IMG/VR virus record: IMGVR_UViG_3300032287_004484
Span: 226,275-290,274 of that record
Strand: one strand, 5' to 3'
Length of the DNA stretch: 64,000 nt
In this document: one piece after another, positions 58,962-64,000 of the stretch
Layout: each line of letters begins with the position of its first letter
How positions within the stretch are numbered: the first letter of the stretch is position 1
Position numbers and translations under genes: made by a program
The notes under the pieces: model-generated
Databases searched by the model: none
Seen by the model: the letters and a program-made list of their open reading frames with translations, nothing else
Told to the model about the DNA's origin: nothing

Positions 58962-59180
58962 ATGGAAACAACAATAGAAAAACAAACAATAACTAAAAAA
59001 GAGGCATGTGATATTTTACAAATTAAAAAACACACATTAAATAATCTTATTAAAAGTAAAATAATATCTTCTTTTAACGAAGAAGTTATTTTTTCTTCTG
59101 TTTTTAAATATAAAAAAGAATTAGAAGAAAGAAGATCAATTAACAAACCAATGTGGATAAATAGAGGCGGATATGGTTGA
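58962..59180 (+). CDS. excisionase-like HTH protein, tandem paralog 2
   Basis: TKKEACDILQI...LEERR. Confidence 0.65.
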   Translation: METTIEKQTITKKEACDILQIKKHTLNNLIKSKIISSFNEEVIFSSVFKYKKELEERRSINKPMWINRGGYG

Positions 59181-59508
59181 ATCTAAAAAAGAAACTTACT
59201 TATATATGGGAATATCGTTAGATAAATTTTCTAATGATCCAACAGATAAAATTTCCATGATAGACTTTTATAATTCTTTTAATCAACAAATATATTCTCA
59301 TTGTTCTACAAGTTTTAAAAATAAAGAAAGATTCACGTTTCAAAAACTTGGAGATAACTTTACTTTTGAAGAATGGAGAACTGGACATGATATTATTATT
59401 CCTATTACAAAAGAAAAATTTGATATGATAAAACAGATTAACATTCTTAATCATAAAAGTTTAAAAAAGTTTTTAAGATCGTTTAGTTTTGAGGAGTACA
59501 TTATATAA
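59173..59508 (+). CDS. small tagged accessory protein (FEEYII)
   Basis: C-terminal tag. Confidence 0.7.
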   Translation: MVESKKETYLYMGISLDKFSNDPTDKISMIDFYNSFNQQIYSHCSTSFKNKERFTFQKLGDNFTFEEWRTGHDIIIPITKEKFDMIKQINILNHKSLKKFLRSFSFEEYII

Positions 59509-60018
59509 ATGATAAAAATATTAATTGCTAATACACATTCTAAAATAGATTTTGAATCAGTCGATAAATCAGAAAAGAAAGAATTTATTAAAATGCTGAA
59601 AGAAAAATTTACAGTTAGAAATCCATCGCTAGAAAGAAACCCTATGGTAATAAGAGGACTAATGAGTGCTGATCATTGTTTTTACGACGTTGAAAACTCT
59701 ATTCTTCCAACTGGTTTAGTTCCACATCTTAGAATTTATTCTAAACAAAATAATTTTCAAATTGAAATTAAAGACTTTAGAAAATTTCCAAAACAAAACC
59801 AAAACATATTAGATGGGATCAACGATAAACAAATTAAAATGGGAATTCACGAAGCAAGGGATTACCAAATAGATGCTCTAGCTGATTTAGTTAAATATCG
59901 TGGAGGAATAATGGAGGGAGGAACTGGAATGGGTAAATGTCTTGGTAAATCAACAGAGATTGAAATAGAAGTTGATGATGACTTTTATTCATTTCTAATA
60001 AAACATAATTTTATATGA
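59509..60018 (+). CDS. uvsW: UvsW-like SF2 helicase N-fragment fused to a 26-aa split-intein IntN
   Basis: ARDYQ (Q motif), GGTGMGK then CLGKSTEIEIEV...; Cys1 at 59938. Confidence 0.9.
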   Translation: MIKILIANTHSKIDFESVDKSEKKEFIKMLKEKFTVRNPSLERNPMVIRGLMSADHCFYDVENSILPTGLVPHLRIYSKQNNFQIEIKDFRKFPKQNQNILDGINDKQIKMGIHEARDYQIDALADLVKYRGGIMEGGTGMGKCLGKSTEIEIEVDDDFYSFLIKHNFI

Positions 60019-60215
60019 AAAATCAATATACAATAGAATATGATAAGATGATTAAAAATTACCAAGTCAGTTGTGTAGGAAAATTTAACTTTAGTGCATC
60101 GCTAGGATATTTAAAAAATCTTGATAACCAAAGCATGTGGAAAGAAAAAAAATTAGAATATTATTTTGAACTTCTTGATTGGGTAGAAAAAGAACACCCA
60201 GAGTTATTAATATGA
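60015..60215 (+). CDS. small tagged protein (HPELLI) between the helicase halves
   Basis: ATGA overlap with the IntN stop. Confidence 0.7.
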   Translation: MKNQYTIEYDKMIKNYQVSCVGKFNFSASLGYLKNLDNQSMWKEKKLEYYFELLDWVEKEHPELLI

Positions 60216-60550
60216 ATGATTCAGAATGGGATGAAATGATTGCTTGGTGTCCAACACAATTAAGTAAAAGAGTTTATGTCGAAGGAATAGAGTTAATTCT
60301 TTATTTAAGATGGAGATGGAATGATCCGTTCACTTATAACATTTATATTGAAGAAGATAAAAAAGAATTAGAAGAACTTCTAAAAATAGGGATGTTTCAT
60401 TATGATTTATTTAATAAGTATAATCGTTGGTATTCACAAAAAGATTTTGATAAAGATAAAATAGAAAGGGATGCAGAAGATATTTGGTATAACTTCGAGA
60501 AGTCAAGGATAGAAAAAATTTTAAAAGATAATCCGCATTTAATAATTTAA
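60212..60550 (+). CDS. accessory protein (NPHLII) between the helicase halves
   Basis: WCPTQ...YLRWRW motif; start 60212. Confidence 0.65.
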   Translation: MNDSEWDEMIAWCPTQLSKRVYVEGIELILYLRWRWNDPFTYNIYIEEDKKELEELLKIGMFHYDLFNKYNRWYSQKDFDKDKIERDAEDIWYNFEKSRIEKILKDNPHLII

Positions 60551-60583
60551 AGAATTTTTATTTTTAAATCATAAAAATAAATT

Positions 60584-62116
60584 ATGAAATTTATTGAAAA
60601 ATTAAATCTTCTTGTTGAAGGTATAGGTTCAACGATTAATTTTAATTCCACTCAAATTGGTCTTAATATAGGAAAAGATGATTCATTTTTAAATTTTATT
60701 GATAATGCTTATTTAATGAAACAGATAAAATTTTTTATTAACGAAGAGATAGATAGATTTAATAAAATTTTTCCTAACAATAAAAAACAAAAAATTAAAA
60801 TTGAATTTAATCAAACGAAGGAAAAAAATGAATCGTTAGAAATGGTTGAAAAATTTATAGAAGACGATAAAAATGATAAAGCAGCGCTTCACAATTTTAA
60901 AATAAAATATATTAATCATATAGTAGAATGGTTTAAGGATGATAAAAATTTAAATAAAGATTATAAAAAGCATTTTGAAAAAGAATTACAAAATTCTAAT
61001 TTTTGGGCCTTTTTTAAAAGTGAAAGAGGCGAACTTTATTTAAGCGATGTAACTACGCTTAATAATATCAATGCAGAAATAATTCATGATTTAGTTTTAC
61101 ATCTTTTTGCTAATCAAGAAGATATGTTTTATTTTTCAATAAGTGATAATGGATATGGATTTAATGATCCTAGCGGTTATTCACCAGAAAGTTTATTAAA
61201 TGAACTATATGCTTTACAGTCTGATCATATGATTTTTTATTATAGTTATGAAGTTCAAAAACCTTTTATAGACGTTTTTTATAAAGATCTTTCTGAGATT
61301 CAATCAAAAAATCAATTAGAAACAGTTCTTAATTTCTTTAAAGATGAAAAAATAAAATATTTAATACAAAGACAGTTATTTAATGAAAAAGTTGTTTACG
61401 GAAAACTCTTAATTGATATTTTTTCAGTTGTTGAAAAACATAAACAATATTTTCAAAACTCATATTCTTTTTTACAAAAACATAAAGATTCTCAAGGTAA
61501 AATAGTTAATTTTAAAAGATATAGTTATCCATTTATTCAAAACGTTATTTCTTCAATTCAAAAACGTCAAAGTAAAATTCCAACGTGGAAAGATTTTAGA
61601 ACATACTTTAACGATTACCCAGCAATACAAATATTATTTAAAAAAGATAAATATCTAGATGATAAAAAAATTAGTGATCATCCTGAACTTAATGATATTA
61701 ATCAAATATTTTATAAAGCATTAGATTCTGGTCAAAGCTTAATGAAAACAAGTTCTACATCTGGTAATACTAAAAGAAAAGAAGAGATAGTAGAACTTCC
61801 TAATTTTTTAAAGAGGATGAGAGGTAAAAGTAAAAACGACATTGAAGCAGCTATGTTGAAAATACCAGATAAAGAAAAAAGAGAAAGATTATTTAAAAAA
61901 TATATTCAATTTCAAAAATATACTAATCAATATGAAATAGGTCAAATAGGAAAACAATTAGTTGGTAAAAAAGAAGTTTATAATTTTCAAAATACAATAG
62001 ATGTTATATTAGATAAAATTTTTAAATTAGTTAGAAGCAATAAATTTACTAATAATAAAATTTATTATGATATGATAGAGAAAAAAATAAAAATAGAAAA
62101 GGAAAATAATCCTTAA
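60584..62116 (+). CDS. putative internal head protein between the helicase halves
   Basis: MKFIEKLNLLVE|G; ATCATAAAAATA at 60568-60579; paralog of 3915..5033. Confidence 0.6.
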   Translation: MKFIEKLNLLVEGIGSTINFNSTQIGLNIGKDDSFLNFIDNAYLMKQIKFFINEEIDRFNKIFPNNKKQKIKIEFNQTKEKNESLEMVEKFIEDDKNDKAALHNFKIKYINHIVEWFKDDKNLNKDYKKHFEKELQNSNFWAFFKSERGELYLSDVTTLNNINAEIIHDLVLHLFANQEDMFYFSISDNGYGFNDPSGYSPESLLNELYALQSDHMIFYYSYEVQKPFIDVFYKDLSEIQSKNQLETVLNFFKDEKIKYLIQRQLFNEKVVYGKLLIDIFSVVEKHKQYFQNSYSFLQKHKDSQGKIVNFKRYSYPFIQNVISSIQKRQSKIPTWKDFRTYFNDYPAIQILFKKDKYLDDKKISDHPELNDINQIFYKALDSGQSLMKTSSTSGNTKRKEEIVELPNFLKRMRGKSKNDIEAAMLKIPDKEKRERLFKKYIQFQKYTNQYEIGQIGKQLVGKKEVYNFQNTIDVILDKIFKLVRSNKFTNNKIYYDMIEKKIKIEKENNP

Positions 62117-62157
62117 TATTGTTTAAACATATAGTTATAGTTGAAATATAATTATAT

Positions 62158-63675
62158 ATGAAAAAGGTAAAAATTAAAATAGGTAAACTATTTGAAGCTA
62201 TTGAAAAATATGAAAAACATAACTTTTATACAGATGAAGAATATTATCCAAAAACAGAAATTAAATTAAAAGATAAAAATGGTGATTTTCAAAAAGTTCC
62301 AGCACTAATAAAAAAACGAGATCAAATCTTAAAAATTGTATTACAAAATAAAGATCTTCTTAAGGTAGGTACAAATCATATTATTTGTACCCAAAATTGG
62401 GAAGAAAAAAAATGTAAAGATTTAAACCTAAAAGATAAACTCATTAAAAACAATGCAAGTCTAGTTGGCATAGAAAGCATAAAACTAGAAGATGAAGAAG
62501 ATGTATTTGATCTTCAAATAGATAGTGAGGATCACTTATATTCTGATGCCAAAGGATATGTTCACCACAATACTTTTATTATGTCTATGGCGTGTAGTCT
62601 TTATAATACATCTAAAATTTTAGTTCTTTTTAATCGTACAGAACTTCTTTTTCAAACACGAGAAAAATTTGTTAAAGAGTATGGATTCAAAGAAGATGAA
62701 GTTGGTATAATTGGTGGCGGATCTTATGATGATTCGTGTAGAATAACACTTCTAACAACACAAAGTTATCAAAATATCTTTCATCTTTTTCCAGATATAA
62801 AAGTTATTATTACTGATGAGTGTCACGAAACTGGTAGAACGTCAACAGCAGAGAAGATTATTTATTCTTGTCAAAGCGCTTCTATTAAAATAGGTTTGTC
62901 AGCAACTGTATCAGTAATTGAAAATCCTTACGAAAAAATGAAATTACATGGTAACATAGGTCCAATCATACATAAGGTACCATACGATAAATTACGTGAT
63001 ATGGGAACACTAGCAACAGTATCAGTAACTATGTATAAAATAGGTGTTATAAATTCTATACCAATAATTGGATCTTGGAATGATGTTTATGAAACAATAA
63101 AAATTAAAAAACCAGAAGATATAGAGATTTATGAAAAATTAAATTATGAAATCGTTAAAGAAGGTAATAACATAAGTGCTAGAAAATTTATTTGTTATGG
63201 TGATGAAAGCAATTTATATATTTATAATTCCACTAGAAATGAACTCATTGCTAAAATAGCATCGCAAAAAGAAAGAGTTCTTATCCTATTCACTAAGTTA
63301 GCACATGGAAGAGAATTATTAAAACTTATTCCACATGGCATTTTAATTAGTGGTGATGATGATCGTTACGCTCGTGAACAAGCTAAACAAAAAATAAAAG
63401 ATGATCTAAACACAGTAATTATTGCGAGTTCTATTTTTGATGTCGGAGTAGATATACCAGCAATTAAAACACTTATCCTAGCTGGTAGTTCTGTAAGTAA
63501 TGTTAGAGTCATGCAAAAGATAGGTAGAGCAACTAGAAAAGATTTAAACACTCTTAAAGAAGACGCTGAAATAATTGATTTCATGCAATATGATAATCCT
63601 TTATCTTTAAAGCAAAGTAAAAAAAGAAAGAAGATATACGAAAATTTATTAAAGGTTCCTGTAACTTTAATATAA
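62158..63675 (+). CDS. uvsW: 138-aa split-intein IntC fused to the UvsW-like helicase C-fragment
   Basis: GTNH (block B), VFDLQI (block F), YVHHN|T (block G, ends 62571); extein has TDECH, SAT and IASSIFDVGVDIP...QKIGRATR. Confidence 0.92.
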   Translation: MKKVKIKIGKLFEAIEKYEKHNFYTDEEYYPKTEIKLKDKNGDFQKVPALIKKRDQILKIVLQNKDLLKVGTNHIICTQNWEEKKCKDLNLKDKLIKNNASLVGIESIKLEDEEDVFDLQIDSEDHLYSDAKGYVHHNTFIMSMACSLYNTSKILVLFNRTELLFQTREKFVKEYGFKEDEVGIIGGGSYDDSCRITLLTTQSYQNIFHLFPDIKVIITDECHETGRTSTAEKIIYSCQSASIKIGLSATVSVIENPYEKMKLHGNIGPIIHKVPYDKLRDMGTLATVSVTMYKIGVINSIPIIGSWNDVYETIKIKKPEDIEIYEKLNYEIVKEGNNISARKFICYGDESNLYIYNSTRNELIAKIASQKERVLILFTKLAHGRELLKLIPHGILISGDDDRYAREQAKQKIKDDLNTVIIASSIFDVGVDIPAIKTLILAGSSVSNVRVMQKIGRATRKDLNTLKEDAEIIDFMQYDNPLSLKQSKKRKKIYENLLKVPVTLI

Positions 63676-63754
63676 GGTTTAATTTTTGGGTTAATACATC
63701 TAATTAATTCTATATTACAATACTATTATAGAAATTTAATTAGGAGCAGATACT

Positions 63755-64000
63755 ATGTTCGATACAAAAGAATATAAAAAACAATACTATGAAGAAAATA
63801 AGGATAACTTAAAAAAATATCAAAAACAATATTATAAAAAAAATAAAGAACAAAGTAAACAATACTATGAAGAAAATAAGGATAAGATTAAAAAATACTA
63901 TGAAGAAAACAAGGATAAGATTAAAATTTTCTATGAAGAAAATAAGGATAACTTAAAAAAATATCAAAAACAATATCGTGAAGAAAATAAGGATAAAATA
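63755..64000 (+). CDS. YYEENKDK-repeat protein, possibly a homing endonuclease N-terminus (truncated by window)
   Basis: AGGAG SD, own promoter at 63685, tandem YYEENKD(K/N) repeats. Confidence 0.55.
   Translation, partial: MFDTKEYKKQYYEENKDNLKKYQKQYYKKNKEQSKQYYEENKDKIKKYYEENKDKIKIFYEENKDNLKKYQKQYREENKDKI

Noticed and set aside
62813-62831. Hammerhead-like CTGATGA...GAAAC
   Set aside because: Encodes the helicase TDECHET motif; no workable stem II.
1727-63584. Short track ORFs overlapping longer genes on the opposite strand or in another frame (e.g. 1727, 7266, 9775, 9848, 13043, 16047, 17358, 28612, 36340, 43768, 46823, 63366)
   Set aside because: Overlap well-supported genes, lack SDs and show no motifs; expected noise in AT-rich DNA.
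1-64000. Alternative genetic code (stop reassignment)
   Set aside because: Conserved enzymes are uninterrupted in code 11 and all three stops end genes; the isolated internal stops (9320, 24767) are sporadic.

Overview
Very AT-rich (roughly 22-25% GC by eye, not computed) segment of a large T4-related tailed phage, standard code, host not identifiable here. Core genes: gp46/gp47 (SbcC/SbcD), gp32, UvsX, and a UvsW-like helicase fractured by an atypically split intein. Other enzymes: PNK/phosphatase, two RNA ligases, MoxR AAA+ with a VWA/HExxH partner, ClpP-like protease, M23 peptidase, DnaQ-like exonuclease, PD-(D/E)XK nuclease, FkbM methyltransferase. Two tRNAs (Leu-TAA, Asn-GTT). Most of the rest is small accessory ORFs in paralogous families. 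Strongest findings: (1) a pistol self-cleaving ribozyme (24209-24282, minus) whose P2 stem sequesters the Shine-Dalgarno of the next gene; (2) a trans-splicing intein with a 26-aa IntN and 138-aa IntC at the helicase Walker A motif, with three unrelated genes between the halves; (3) about 30 accessory proteins from several unrelated families all ending in E-x-x-[I/L]-COOH, a candidate undescribed C-terminal tag system; (4) about 10 proteins with T4-like capsid-targeting N-termini (including two ART-fold/GxW-repeat proteins and a kinase-fold protein), several behind a shared ATCATAAAAATA motif; (5) about 24 copies of a TTTTAGGTTTAAACACT-type promoter. All family assignments are from motif recognition by eye, not database searches.
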